The notes under the pieces are model-generated. The model was not told the DNA's origin. It ran no database searches and saw nothing but the letters and a program-made list of their open reading frames with translations. The translations under genes were made by a program, and so were the position numbers. A DNA stretch of 64,000 nucleotides, from positions 432,265-496,264 of the forward strand of contig JAQGDQ010000107.1 in NCBI GenBank assembly GCA_030141605.1. The letters are read 5' to 3'. This stretch comes from Tubiluchus corallicola (Eukaryota > Animalia > Priapulida). Of the stretch, positions 1 through 13,288 are shown one piece after another. The stretch's first letter is position 1; each line of letters opens with the position of its first letter.

Positions 1-229
1 ATCTGACATGAAGCCATGCTCATCGCGCTGGGTAGCCATCAGGGATATGTTTCGCGCCTCCGCGGCTGTCAGGAATACATTTGCTTCCCTAAACTGGGAC
101 AAGTCGGAAATTGAAATAAATCACTGAAGCGCTGAGGGTTTTAAATATAGACGGCGTGACCGCCATCTTGCGATAAGTTTGTTTATGTTAAAGATTAGCT
201 ACGTAGTTTTTCCAGACTACGAGGTCTGT

Positions 230-468
230 GATTCATTCCCTCATTCATTAATTCATTCACTCACTCACTTACTCATTCATTCATTCATTCATTCATTCAT
301 TCATTCATTCATTCATTCATTCATTCATTCATTCATTCATTCATTCATTCATTCATTCATTCATTCATTCATTCATTCATTCATTCATTCATTCATTCAT
401 TCATTCATTCATTCATTCATTCATTCATTCATTCATTCATTCATTCACTCACTCATTCATTCACTCAT
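230..468. repeat. (TTCA)n microsatellite
   Basis: Long TTCA/CTCA run; it produces the SFIH-repeat ORF 179..499. Confidence 0.97.
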
Positions 469-949
469 TTTTGCTTCGTTCACTCTTTTGTTTGTTTGAT
501 CATTAATTCCTTCACTCACTTGCAATAAAGCATTTATTTATTTACTTATTTACAGTTTGTTTAGTTTTCAGGCATTGAATGTTATAATGTATACTAACTT
601 TAGCTTAATAACATTCGTTTCTTTCTAATCTAGTAAATTCGCTTTGTTTGAAGTTATATTTCTTGTTTGTTTGTTAGTTTGTCTGTTTTTCTTTTCCAAA
701 TATATAACGCTAAAATTAAGCAAAAATTTTTCAGTATTACGAATAATAATTTTGGTATAACAATGTCCCGTCCGGGTCACAATAACTGGCTTGGCTATTT
801 CTTTCCTGTAAATAAAGTTTAGCATACAGTACAAATTTTAGCATGCACTAACAAACCGCATTTTTAAAAAAATTGTAATTTGAAAGTTAAATTTCAGTCT
901 AGTGCATATATGTAACAGCCTATATTTAACTGTAATATATATTTTGTCT

Positions 950-1102
950 TAAATTTTTGGCACAGTAGTTTTTAGTTTGCAATGGACGCATTTACCTTTA
1001 ACAGTTGTGTGAATTTTATTCTCACGCTGCGATGTTCTTATATGTTTTTATGCTTATGAATATCAATTTTTTTAATGGCAAATAAAGATTATTATACGTA
1101 TA

Positions 1103-1152
<50 letters not shown>
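950..1152 (+). mobile_element. LINE (CR1/L2/Crack group) 3' UTR remnant with (TA)n tail
   Basis: Motif tttagtttgcaatggacgcattt...atggcaaataaagattattata then a TA tract. Similar motif and ending at 6360-6513, 13289-13440 (minus) and 23390-23541. Confidence 0.6.
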
Positions 1153-1153
<1 letters not shown>

Positions 1154-1207
1154 GATACCTTACAGTGTGAACAATGTAGAGGAAATGTGCAGTCAACTGC
1201 ACTGATA
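1153..1207 (+). repeat. Isolated single monomer of the 50-bp satellite
   Basis: tgataccttacagtgtgaacaatgtagaggaaatgtgcagtcaactgcactgata matches the unit of the 3188-4989 array; TA tracts on both sides. Confidence 0.95.
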
Positions 1208-1235
1208 TATATATATATATATACGTTATATATAT

Positions 1236-1631
1236 ATTCGCATGCCAGACAACCGCATACCAAAGGAGATGCTTTATGGAGAACTTGTGTCTGGACAGAG
1301 AAAGGTTGGACGACCAAAGAAACGTTAAAAGACAGCCTGAAAGCCTCACTCAAGGAGCTCAGCATGGATGTCCGCTCAATGGAAACCCTTGCACAAGATC
1401 GCTCAGCATGGAGGAGTGCCATCACCACAGGGGCTACGACAGCAGAGGCGAAAAGAATTGAGGAGGCAGAGGAAAAGCGCAGGAGACGCAAGGCATGTGA
1501 CACTGCCCAATAACAGGTCCAAACACCCAGCCTCACCTGTGCCAAATGCCAAAGAAGTTTCCAGGCCAGAATTGGAAATTCTCATCGAGCTCCTCAAAGG
1601 AATGACAACCCCCCAAACTGACCTTTCATCC
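1236..1631 (+). mobile_element. RTE-clade LINE ORF2 C-terminal fragment (decayed)
   Basis: Translates as RMPDNRIPKEMLYGELVSGQRKVGRPKKR, frameshift, KDSLKASLKEL...LAQDRSAWRSAI...EEKRRRRKA, stop, then LTCAKCQRSFQARIG (zinc-finger remnant). This is typical of RTE ORF2 ends. Confidence 0.9.
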
Positions 1632-2298
1632 CTATATATATATCTGCACTTTTGCCTGCACACTTACACGATGAGGATTCATGTTTTGGTTTTAAAAACT
1701 GCCTACTAAGTATTGAAGTGATAATTAGCAAATAGAAGCGCACACTTGCATTCTTTTCAGTTCAAGAACAAAAACAGAAGTAGGACTTTACGCAAATATT
1801 TCGATATTGATTTTTAACATTAGACTCATTAAATGACATACCTCCAGGACCCACTTCATTTCTTTGAGGAGATAACTTTGGCAGTTCTATTGATGGAGAT
1901 TCAAGATCAAATGCAGCATCTTCCAGACTCATGTCAGCAATTTGTTCCAAGAAACAATGAAGCTAACAATAAATTAATGCCAAACTGCAATTTAGAAAAT
2001 GTAATTAACAATCCAATGTCTATTCAATTTTTGTTTCCAAGGATTTAAAAAGACAGCAAATAAAAGAGATTTATTCAACAACTTACAATATTTTGAGAGC
2101 AGAGTCATGCTTTGGTTGTCAGAAGACCATTCAGCATCTCTGGTAATCTGAAGTTTTTTGCATAGATCTGTCTTTCACACTCTTAATTGCAAGCAGGCAA
2201 GGAGAATAGTCATGCAGTTTGCAGATACTTAAGATTTAAACAATACTAATGACTTGTAAAGGTTCATTATGTAACAAAAAGATCATTGTTAACAAAGC

Positions 2299-2475
<177 letters not shown>

Positions 2476-3187
2476 CATTTCATATTAATCTTGTGGGCGG
2501 AGTGATCATAGTGCATTTAAACTGTAATGTTCACAAAAATGCATTGCTTGAGAAAAGATATTTAGATCTATTAAAATGTATCGAAGTGGGTCGTTCCACG
2601 CAGGCAACGCCATTTTGCACGAAACAGTATAAATTTTGCAGACTTGGATGAAGCATAGAATGCGTTTAGTGCAAGCATGTGCAGCACCGTCCATACGTAA
2701 CGTTTAACACTTTTAATGACACAATATACATTAATGGTTTACTCTCGTGACGAGTCTAATGATTGCTGTTATTAAAGTAGTCAGTGTAATATCTGTTTAC
2801 CAGATTAAATTGAATGGGGGCGCTAATGACACAGTACACAACCAATATGATGCAAAAACTTTATTTAATTAAACAAGCGACGAATTATGATGTAGATTTA
2901 TCATATAATTGCCAAACAAAAGCAGGTCACTGTACGAAATGAGCCATACGATACAGCCTCTTACTCAGGTCTTCTCATTGGCCGACGTGGTAATCAAAGT
3001 TTCACCTGCTGTGTAAACTTAATTATAGGTGTCGCATGTGTCGTGCTTCAGATAAAAGTCAGGTTAATGCGTTTCTAATGTCCAGGGAAGCCGCTAGGGA
3101 TGAAGACGTGCTGTGCCCCGTCTGAACTAAATGGCTTCATCGTTACGAACAATCGTTCATTCAAACGCCTCTGACAACTTAATGTGT

Positions 3188-4989
3188 AATGTAGAGGAAA
3201 TGTGCAGTCAACTGCACTGATATCTTACAGTGTGAACAATGTAGAGGAAATGTGCAGTCAACTGTACTGATATCTTACAGTGTGAACAATGTAGAGGAAA
3301 TGTGCAGTCAACTGTACTGATACCTTACAGTGTAAACGATGTAGAGGAAATGTGCAGTCAATTGCAGTAATATCTTACAGTGTGAACAATGTAGAGGAAA
3401 TGTGCAGTCAACTGTACTGATACCTTACAGTGTAAACAATGTAAAGGAAATGTGCAGTCACCTGCACTGATACCTTACAGTATGAACAATGTAGAGGAAA
3501 TGTGCAGTCAACTGCACTGATAGCTTACAGTGTGAACAATGTAGAGGAAATGTGCACTCAGCTGCACTGATATTTTACAGTGTGAACAATGTAGAGGAAA
3601 TGTGCAGTCAACTGCACTGATATCTTACAGTGTGAACAATGTAGAGGAAATGTACAGTCAATTGCACTGATAGCTTACAGTGTGAACAATGTAGAGGAAA
3701 TGTACAGTCAATTGCACTGATAACTTACAGTGTGAACAATGTAGAGGAAATGTGCAGTCAATTGCACTGATACCTTACTGTGTGAACAATGTAGAGGAAA
3801 TGTGCAGTCAACGGCACTGATACCTTACTGTGTGAACAATGTAGAGGAAATGTGCAGTCAACTGCACTGATATCTTACAGTGTGAACAATGTAGAGGAAA
3901 TGTGCAGTCAACTGCACTGATACCTTACTGTGTGAACAATGTAGAGGAAATGTGCAGTCAACTGCACTGATAGCTTACAGTGTGAACAATGTAGAGGAAA
4001 TGTGCAGTCAACTGCACTGATATCTTGCAGTGTGAACAATGTAGAGGAAATGTGCAGTCAACTGCACTGATATCTTGCAGTGTGAACAATGTAGAGGAAA
4101 TGTGCAGTCAACTGCAGTGATATCTTACAGTGTGAACAATGTAGAGGAAATGTGCAGTCAACTGCACTGATATCTTACAGTGTGAACAATGTAGAGGAAA
4201 TGTGCAGTCAAATGCACTGATATCTTACAGTGTGAACAATGTAGAGGAAATGTGCAGTCAACTGCACTGATATCTTACAGTGTGAACAATGTAGAGGAAA
4301 TGTGCAGTCAATTGCACTGATAGCTTACAGTGTGAACAATGTAGAGGAAATGTGCAGTCAACTGCACTGATATCTTACAGTGTGAACAATGTAGAGGAAA
4401 TGTGCAGTCAACTGCACTGATAGCTTACAGTGTGAACAATGTAGAGGAAATGTGCAGTCAACTGCACTGATAGCTTACAGTGTGAACAATGTAGAGGAAA
4501 TGTGCAGTCAACTGCACTGATAGCTTACAGTGTGAACAATGTAGAGGAAATGTGCAGTCAACTGCACTGATATCTTGCAGTGTGAACAATGTAGAGGAAA
4601 TGTGCAGTCAACTGCAGTGATATCTTACAGTGTGAACAATGTAGAGGAAATGTGCAGTCAACTGCACTGATAGCTTACAGTGTGAACAATGTAGAGGAAA
4701 TGTGCAGTCAACTGCACTGATAGCTTACAGTGTGAACAATGTAGAGGAAATGTGCAGTCAACTGCACTGATAGCTTACAGTGTGAACAATGTAGAGGAAA
4801 TGTGCAGTCAACTGCACTGATATCTTGCAGTGTGAACAATGTAGAGGAAATGTGCAGTCAACTGCACTGATATCTTGCAGTGTGAACAATGTAGAGGAAA
4901 TGTGCAGTCAACTGCACTGATATCTTACAGTGTGAACAATGTAGAGGAAATGTGCAGTCAACTGCACTGATATCTTACAGTGTGAACAA
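3188..4989. repeat. 50-bp tandem satellite, ~36 copies
   Basis: Unit tatcttacagtgtgaacaatgtagaggaaatgtgcagtcaactgcactga with internal dyad gtgcagt-ca-actgcac. High unit identity, no spacers. Confidence 0.98.
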
Positions 4990-6137
4990 GTTATTACGAA
5001 CAACTAACAATGAATTAAAATCAAATAAGATGAATTTCATTCATTACAGGAGCTGTTACTGTCCATTACACACGTCCTTTAAAATCTGGACTCTGCCTAT
5101 AAAGCATCACTAATTAAAAAATTACAAGAGAAGGACAGTTTAGTCAATATTTCAGAAATGCTACTAGGTGATGAAAAATCCAAGGCCTCCATTTGGCGGT
5201 CACCAGCAATGAAGATAGTAACTACTAAACTGCGTGATCTTATTGGTATTATTCATACATCGTATCCAAAAAACGATTAGCAACAGTCAATTTTTATTGT
5301 GCGTTAACTACTGAATGGTCGCCAGAAATCTAGAGAGAAATCTATATTTTGAAAAAGTACACACCTGGGTGTTAAAAAAGTGTAATTCTGGAAAAGTCCT
5401 GAATGAAAAGTGACGATTCCTGGTTCCACACTGCAGTATTGTTAAATGCCTCATGTCGCTGAGAATTATAGTGTTAGCAGACTCTGAGAATAATAAATTC
5501 CATTGAAAAAATTCTAAATAGCTTAGCATGGCTGTAGTAACTTCACAAATATCGCTACTATCTAGTTCAGTTTTAAATTAGTCTAGTAAAATACAAGCCT
5601 GTTTCACTTGCTTTTCGGTTTTTGCTATTTCTCAATGCATTCAGCTATTTACTGACTTTTGGCAATCTGTTTTCAAAAATTTACTGAAGCCAAATCTTGA
5701 AGTGAAGCCAGGATTTGTGTTGAAGGTAAGTGTCTTAGCACAGCATCGCTCAGTCTGCTGGCTTCATTGTCTCCTCTGTCAGTTTGCAGACACAATGTAT
5801 AGAAAGTAAAATATATGTGAAAACGACACGTAAACGGCATGCAGTCTTTGTTTAAGGCCCGTTTAGACTTTGTCTTTTTCTCGCTGCGATTATCGCCGCG
5901 TCATTGACGCTCAGTGAAAATAAATGTCGCCCTCTAAATCGTTCGCGCTTTTCAGTTGTTACTGAGGCATAGTGAGAGAATAGCTCTAACATACAAGAGC
6001 GTTGTTTCGCTGCAGCGAGACGAATCTCTTGCGGTGATTTTACATTTTCCGCAAGCGATTTGAAAGCGATATTCGCTTCTCGCTGCGAATAATATTTTCA
6101 CTGGTGGTGATGTTGCTCCAGCGTTACAGTTGATATT

Positions 6138-6513
6138 TCTACCATTACAGGTTAAACAAATCAAGTCCCTATCAGCATTTAAAACAAAATTAAAATCACT
6201 AATATTAACCAGATATGAAATACCATCACACCAGTACGACAACATACACACTAATTCAGAATTCATATATCCACGGCCATATTAATTAAATCATATTTTT
6301 TCATTTTTTGTGCATAGTTGTAAATATGTTTGATTTTATTCGTCGTTACTTTCCATTACTGCACAGTAGTTTAGATTGCACTGATGCATTTGCCTTTAGC
6401 AATGTAAGTTTTTATTAACTAACACTGATTGATCATCTCTGTAAAGTTTTTATCAGTGATTATCAATGTATTTTGATGGCAAATAAAAATTATTATATAT
6501 ATATTATATATAT
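6138..6513 (+). mobile_element. 5'-truncated LINE 3' end (CR1/L2/Crack group)
   Basis: Encodes LPLQVKQIKSLSAFKTKLKSLI, then a 3' UTR, AATAAA and a TA tail. Near-identical to the reverse complement of 13289-13661. Confidence 0.85.
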
Positions 6514-6964
6514 TTAATTACCAATCGTCTGGTTGCTTTTATGACAGACGTTTTCATGGACGTTTTGTCCTTTTGCTTCGTTTCCCTCTTTTCCTCTTCT
6601 TTTGCTTTTGCTTTTTCTTTGCTTGTACTTCTTTCAGCGAGGATTAATTTCGTGTCTTAGGGAGAACACGGTCAAAGTTTTATTGCGCACGCCACCGTAA
6701 TCACAGGTAGAGTCTGCCAACAGCTAGATGTTATTCTAGCATATCAGACTATCGCTTCTTCTATACAGCTATACAATAACTAATTACTACAAAACGTCAA
6801 GCGTCAATCGCCATTCATCAGCTTACGGATCATTATTACCCAACTATTTATTATGGCTTCGGATTTGTAATGAACTAATGTTGTGCATTCGGTTGCCAGT
6901 TAAGACCACGTGTTCGCTACTGTGTTCTGCCTGCCACCGACTGCTTGAATGACAGTGTTGTGGT

Positions 6965-7358
6965 CAGGGCCTATTTCAAGGGGGGGGGGGAAGTGGGGAT
7001 ACTTCCCGGGGCCTCACCCTCCAGGGGGGCCTCGTGCCATGGTAACATTTTTTTTGCTTTATGCGAACATACTGCCTCCTGCCTCTCCCTCCTTCTCTCT
7101 TGCCGCACGCGCGCCGTTTGCCAGTATTGACAAGTATTAAGGACTCGTCTTGAGAATAAAGCAGTTTTTCTTTCAATCGTTCTTTCCTTTAACAACTGTA
7201 TAACTCCATATTTTCTCTTCGAAAATGCTTCTCCGGCGTTCTAGCAGTTCAAAAATTTTCTGGGTGCCAACCATGGTGGCGCTCGCTAACCCCCCCCCCC
7301 CGATGGGGCCTGACACGCCCCACTTCCCCGGGCCTCGCCTAGGCTGAAATAGGCCCTG
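6965..7358. mobile_element. hAT-type MITE, family A, copy 1
   Basis: TIR cagggcctatttca / tgaaataggccctg; 8-bp TSD gttgtggt / cttgtggt (7 of 8 match). Second copy at 31342-31616. Confidence 0.9.
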
Positions 7359-7818
7359 CTTGTGGTGCCTATTCCATCAAAGCGGGAACACGAATAGACC
7401 TACAGCGAGAAAACTGATTCTTAGCTGGATACAATGAGCTCAGGTTTATGATTTATCCACCCCTGTAATACGTACAAAACGAAATAAAAACAGTAATCAT
7501 TTTTGGCGTTGAATGTCAATGAAATGTGATATTAGTAAAGATTAACTTCGCAAAGATGTACTGCCTTGTGCTACATCAATAATAATCAGGTAGATGCAGC
7601 ACAGTTTCTATAAGCACTTTGAATGGAGATTTTTGCAACGCCTAGACTGCAGTTTCTGGCGCTATTCCCTGAAAATTAAGATGAATTAATTCATAAATTT
7701 ATAGATATATATTATTTCTAGATATATTTTTATAGATATATAGAGATATTTAGAGATATAGATTTATACTTATAGAGAAATAGGTAGATTCCTATTGAGT
7801 CATGGTCCAAGAATTATA

Positions 7819-8366
7819 TAGGTTTTACATGTCAAATGTAGATTTAGGTAATTCAAATGTGTCTTTGTAACTCAAATGTAGACTTAGGTAATTCAAATGT
7901 GTTAACAATGGTTTTCAACAAATCTTGAGCGCTTTTGGTAAGTCAAATGTAGATTTAGGTAATTCAAATGTGTTAACAATGGTTTTCAACAAATCTTGAG
8001 CGCTTTTGGTAAGTCAAATGTAGACACATGTCAAGTCAAATGTGACATTTGTATCTCAAATGTGGATAGGTGGTAAAGTTTAAGGATGTTAAATTTAATC
8101 TTCTTTAATTTCAATTTAATAATTGCTCCTAAGTTAAAATAACAACGTTATAGGCCTATTAATAGATGCACTATCTTTGGTTTATCTTTTTCTAATTTGC
8201 ACTTAAATAACTTAATTACCGATTTATTCAAAGTAATGCATCTACATTTGACTTACCTAAGTTACATTTGAGTTACCAAAACACATTCGAAATTCCTATG
8301 TCTACATTTGACTTACCTAAGTCACATTTGAACTTTCCCGTGTCTACATTTGACGTGTAAAACCTA
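7819..8366. mobile_element. Non-autonomous foldback DNA transposon with repetitive subterminal arms (possibly Academ-like)
   Basis: Termini taggttttacatgtcaaatgtaga / tctacatttgacgtgtaaaaccta, flanked by tata on both sides. Many tcaaatgt motifs on the left arm, acatttga on the right. Confidence 0.8.
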
Positions 8367-9400
8367 TATAAGAAATGTGACATTACTGTGTTATATCTGT
8401 TAGTCACTTCCCATTTTATGTAAATTTATGATGTGAATTCTTTAAACTATTTGGCATTAACGACTTTTTATGCGTATAAATGATTGGGCAGTATTCGAAA
8501 GTTTACTTTTTTAAGCAAAACGCATTTGCGCAGCCATAACTTGCAAACCACTTCACTCAGAACATTTTCTGTTCCGCAAGCAGAAGTTCCCCAGAGGCAG
8601 GGAAACAAGATGCTCGTTATTTGAAATCGTTTGCTAGTAAAACAACATCATACGTGCGCAAATAACAAGTGCTGGTACTTCTGTATGCTTTCTTCTTTTC
8701 ACTTAGCGCTGTTTTGTCGTAAAGAGACATGTTGAAGCGTCAAAATGCGTTATAGCCCAAAACAAATGGATATTTATTGGGTTCGTTTCAAGGGTGTCAT
8801 TGGAGCAAAAGATTCAATTTAGTCACGACACGAAAGCAAAATACCGAACGAGTTTGGACTTTATTTCAAACATTTTTACATTTTAAAAACAACAAGTATA
8901 CTTTTCGACTGCACAAAGATGTCACCTATTTTGTTTACAAAATCTGTAGAGTATTCCTTTAGCGATCTGTCGCGATGGGGTCAACTCAACCGGACAAGGT
9001 CGACCAGAAAGATTGACTAAAGGGATGGACAACCAGATAAAATATTGGCCAGGTGAATAGGCGGGTTCTGAGAATGACACGTACAATATTTTTTTGTAAT
9101 AGATAGACAGCAGTCCTAAATCTTAAAAACAATCACTTTAAAAACAAAAGAGAAATGATGCGGATTTTACATCCGCGCATGCGCCAATTCTTCTACAGCA
9201 CAAGCACGTTTTGGTAGAAACTAAAGGACAGCTTACCAACTTATTCATTACACTCTTTTCAGACTGCCTTGAAATGGAATTTACTGCAAATTACCCAGTG
9301 TCCGCACGGTCTGAGGTTTTAGTATTGAGTAAATTCGCAATTTTTATCTGTAGCCTTTGTGACGACGAAGATGCCATCCTTATGGAATGATGAGGTTTTG

Positions 9401-10320
9401 TCAGTTGTTAGTTTACTAATTGCCTTTTACCAGTGGTGAGTTCACTAATAGTCTCTTGCCAGTGGTAAGTTCACCAATGGTCTTTTGCCAGTGGCGAGTT
9501 CACTAATGGTCTTTTACCTGTTGTAAGTTCATTGATGATCTTTTGCCAATGATGAGTTCACCAATAGTCTCTTGCCAGTGGTGAGTTCACGAATAGTCTC
9601 TTGCCATTTGTGAGTTCACGAATAGTCTCTTGCCAGTGGTAAGTTCACCAATGGTCTTTTGCCAGCGATGAGTTTACTAATAATCTCTTGCCAGTGGTGA
9701 GTTTACTAATGGTCTTTTACCAATTGTGAGTTCACTAATGGTCTTTTACCAGTGGTGAGTTCATTAATGGTCTTTTACCAGTGGTGAGTTCACTAATGTT
9801 TTTTTTACCAGTGATAAGTTCACTAAAGATCTTTTGCCAGTGGTGAGTTCACTAAAGATCTTTTGCCAGTGGTGAGTTCACTAAAGATCTTTTGCCAGTG
9901 GTGAGTTCACTAAAGATCTTTTGCCAGTGGTGAGTTCACTAAAGATCTTTTGCCAGTGGTGAGTTCACTAAAGATCTTTTGCCAGTGGTGAGTTCACTAA
10001 AGATCTTTTGCCAGTGGTGAGTTCACTAATGGTGTTTTGCCAGTGGTGAGTTCACTAATGGTGTTTTGCCAGTGGTGAGTTCACTAATGGTGTTTTGCCA
10101 GTGGTGAGTTCACTAATGGTGTTTTGCCAGTGGTGAGTTCACTAATGGTCTTTTACCAGTGGTGAGTTCACTAATGTTTTTTTTACCAGTGATAAGTTCA
10201 CTAAAGATCTTTTGCCAGTGGCGAGTTCACTAAAGATCTTTTGCCAGTGGTGAGTTCACTAATGGTGTTTTGCCTATGGTGAGTTCACTAATGGTGTTTT
10301 GCCTGTGGTGAGTTCATTAA
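9401..10320. repeat. 29-bp minisatellite, ~31 copies
   Basis: Unit gccagtggtgagttcactaaagatctttt or ...aatggtgtttt. Degenerate at the left end, with homogeneous sub-blocks in the middle and right. Confidence 0.97.
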
Positions 10321-11650
10321 AGAGACGTTGAATGTGGAAACTGCATTCTGGTGACATGTCCAGACCAATGAAGTGTTGATGGTCGTGGACTCGGAGCTCT
10401 GGGTGTTTGCTCATTCGATGATAGAGATGTTGGTGGCGCTCTAGTCGTGTTTTAAGTTCAGAATGGAACAAAGTTATTGCTGATAGAAATGTTCGAGTTT
10501 TTTTGATGTCACGATAATAAAGACAGTTCAAGACACAAGTTTTGAACCCATAGAGCATTGAGACGACAACATCTTGATTCCCAAAAGCCATTTCGAGGTT
10601 CTCCAATTCGATATTCGACACTGTTTTCGGAAGTACGTTTGCAGAGAACAAGACTTCCTGGGTATGGAAAGTGCATGCTCCATCTAGCTAAGCGGCTTGT
10701 GTAAGATGGTGATTTTATGTCCGTCGCCATTAACACAATTAACTCGCGGGCTTACTGGCTTAATTTAGTACGTTGACTGAGTTGTTCTATCATTTCTATG
10801 TATTTTATACAATGCCCGGGCAACGTATAAAATGCTTCGTAAAAGATATATTCAACGCGAATTACGTTCATTTTACATATTACCAAAGACCCTTTGCGCA
10901 TTCTGTACCCTAGTTATTATACAATCGTCTAGGTAAAGTGTGAAAGTGCCTTAGTAAAAACATCTATTTTTACCCTTTTCTCGAAATGCATAGGTGTTAA
11001 TTGAAATAGCTAGGAATTTTTAAATTTTGCACTTTGGCTGTAACATATACACAGCCCAATGTGACTAAGGCTTTCTGTCTGTTCAAGTCTCTCGTTAGTG
11101 ACAAACGTTGTTTACCCATTTCACGAGATAAAATATTTAGAATAGCAGGAATGCCGCCTTTAAACGGCGAAAAGATTTTCGGAATTCAGGGAAAGATTTC
11201 AAATTGCAGTGGCGATCATCTGCGTGTAATTACGAAAGCTTTCAGACGTCCATTTAATTTTAATTGCTACATACATATTAATGAGCGCGCTAAGTTGAAG
11301 AGAAAGCTCACTGAAGCGCATTGATGATCACCCATTGCTTAATAAACGTCTGACGCAGCATTGATCTGAGATTTCTCGTCTCTTTACCATTTTCTGTGCC
11401 ATTTTTCAATCACACAGTCAGTCAATCGATCAAATACTTAATCACCATAGTCGGATGGTCGATCGGCTGGTCAGTCAGGTGGTTAGCTAGTTTGGTTATT
11501 CGACTGACCAGTATATCTATCAAAGTGCCAGTAAGCAGTAGTCACTTGCCTCATCTGCCAGTGAGATGACCAATTGACCAAGCAAAAAACGCAGTCAGTC
11601 AGCACTGGCTATGCGATGATTGTTTTTTTACCCTTTTCACTGACATTTCA

Positions 11651-11733
11651 TACACATCTACACCTACGCATCTACACCTACACACCTACACATCTACACA
11701 TTTACACCTACACATCTACACATCTACACCTAC
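11651..11733. repeat. Imperfect (TACACA/TCTACA) hexamer microsatellite
   Basis: cacatcta/cacaccta alternation. Confidence 0.8.
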
Positions 11734-12089
11734 TGGTAATCTCTATATTCTTTCTTTGTTTTGTAACCTCTCCGCCTCCCGTTCTTGGAGCTGACTATTA
11801 TTTGGCCAATGTTTACTGTCCGATCGACCAACTGCCCAGCACACGTCTGTCCGCTATGCTTGTCATTATTAGACATACCTGCTGCTCTCCTGCACTCAAG
11901 TGCTACATCTACGTATGATCCCCAAATCTCTACCAGTCCTTTACCTTAGGTTTACCGTTTCCTATCTACAGGCCTGTATGTTGGGTTTCTTTTTCTACAT
12001 CTTGCCTATTGAACTGTCATGGCTCGTTACCAGGAGCTTTAGCTGGCTTCCTGTGGTTCATTCCCAAGCAGCTTGTCTGTAACAGGTTT

Positions 12090-12486
12090 TGTGAAAGTCA
12101 TGTTTGAAGTTGTAGATAACTCACTTTGTAGAACAAGAATAAACAACTATACTACATATTTGCACAAAACTGAAAAGTGTTTGTTAGACTACATACACAT
12201 AAGTAGAATGACTGCTGCACTGAACAGTGAGAACAAGAGTATCCTGCACTGCACTGAGAGTTAGACAGTGACTAGAAAGTAAGTCCAGTCAGTATATATA
12301 GGTATAGGTGACTATGCAGACTTGCACAGGCTTCATAAAAACCATTACTGTAAAATAGGGAGAGATCCAGTGAATATGCATTCACTGGACCGTACAGTTA
12401 TAGTGGGGGTGAGTTTAGCTAGTAAAACGTAAAAGGATTAGTTCATAGATGGCAGCACCTAAAAATGTACAATTACAACTTCCACA
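12090..12486 (-). mobile_element. Solo LTR, family 1, copy 1
   Basis: Termini tgtgaaagt...acttccaca (TG..CA); perfect 5-bp TSD ggttt; TATA-like tatatata. Homologous to 47191-47625. Confidence 0.88.
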
Positions 12487-12576
12487 GGTTTAAAACAGCC
12501 TGTAACAAGGTCTGTACATAACTGTTGGGTTTCCTCCGTGAACTGCGCCCAATCTTTTTATTGTTTATATCTCTGA

Positions 12577-12632
12577 CCATGCCATGCCATGCCACGCCAT
12601 GCCATGCCATGCCATGCCATGCCATGCCATGC
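12577..12632. repeat. (CCATG)n pentanucleotide microsatellite
   Basis: About 11 tandem units. Confidence 0.95.
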
Positions 12633-13288
12633 GTCATTACAGAACACATCCATTAGCCTTCTGTGAGACAATTCCCAGACTTATTCACCGACGCCCTTGG
12701 TTTCATGGGTCACTTGCAAACGTGCCCTTTGGTCACTCGTAGACCTGTGTGCAGGCTTCACAGCCTGATCACTGATCAACCAGTTTAATCTTTCCTCCCC
12801 ATTGATCGCCACAGATGACGAGCAGCAAACTGCCTGGTACAATATAGTTGTGTGTAATTTCAATTGAACTACTCCCATGTAATTCATTTATGGTGGTTGA
12901 TGACGTCAGCACATTGCTGGGGGGATTATTACATACGGGCCTGTCATTTGTGTCAACATATAATCAGGTTGCGTTTTATTACTATTGTACATATTAGCTG
13001 CAATAAAGATGGTAGCTTTGTAGCTGTATAATGTCGTCATGTGGTTGAAGTGTTCTGTCATTTCGGTCATTGTCTTGCCAACTTGTCTCAGACATTAGGA
13101 CACACGTGGGGATTTCTTATGAAGGTCATGTCCAACGGTCATGTATGTACACTCTAATATGGCTGAGACATGCCACTGCTGGCTCAATGCGTCTTGTTCT
13201 TTTATCTTTGATAGAGTCAACTTTATGATTTTCTGGCTATCATCACAGTTAGCTTATAGCTCCTTAGTATGAGCGACCGTTTACTTTC

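Noticed and set aside
140-172. Promoter suggested by a TATA-like sequence and YY1-like ccgccatcttg
   Set aside because: Short motifs at the window edge with no associated gene; they also occur in TEs.
3188-4989. CRISPR array interpretation of this and the other tandem arrays
   Set aside because: Units are head-to-tail with no unique spacers, there are no cas genes, and the context is eukaryotic.
3188-4989. Hammerhead ribozyme (retrozyme) in the 50-bp unit, which has ctgata and gaaa
   Set aside because: The core needs CUGAnGA; the unit has CUGAUA(U/G/C) and no suitable helices. The 91-bp unit also lacks the core.
5290-5790. Coding-like minus-strand stretch
   Set aside because: Multiple stops and no identifiable family.
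10274-10736. Complex-looking minus-strand ORFs (125 aa and 75 aa)
   Set aside because: No recognisable domain; one runs into the minisatellite. A small exon cannot be excluded without RNA-seq.
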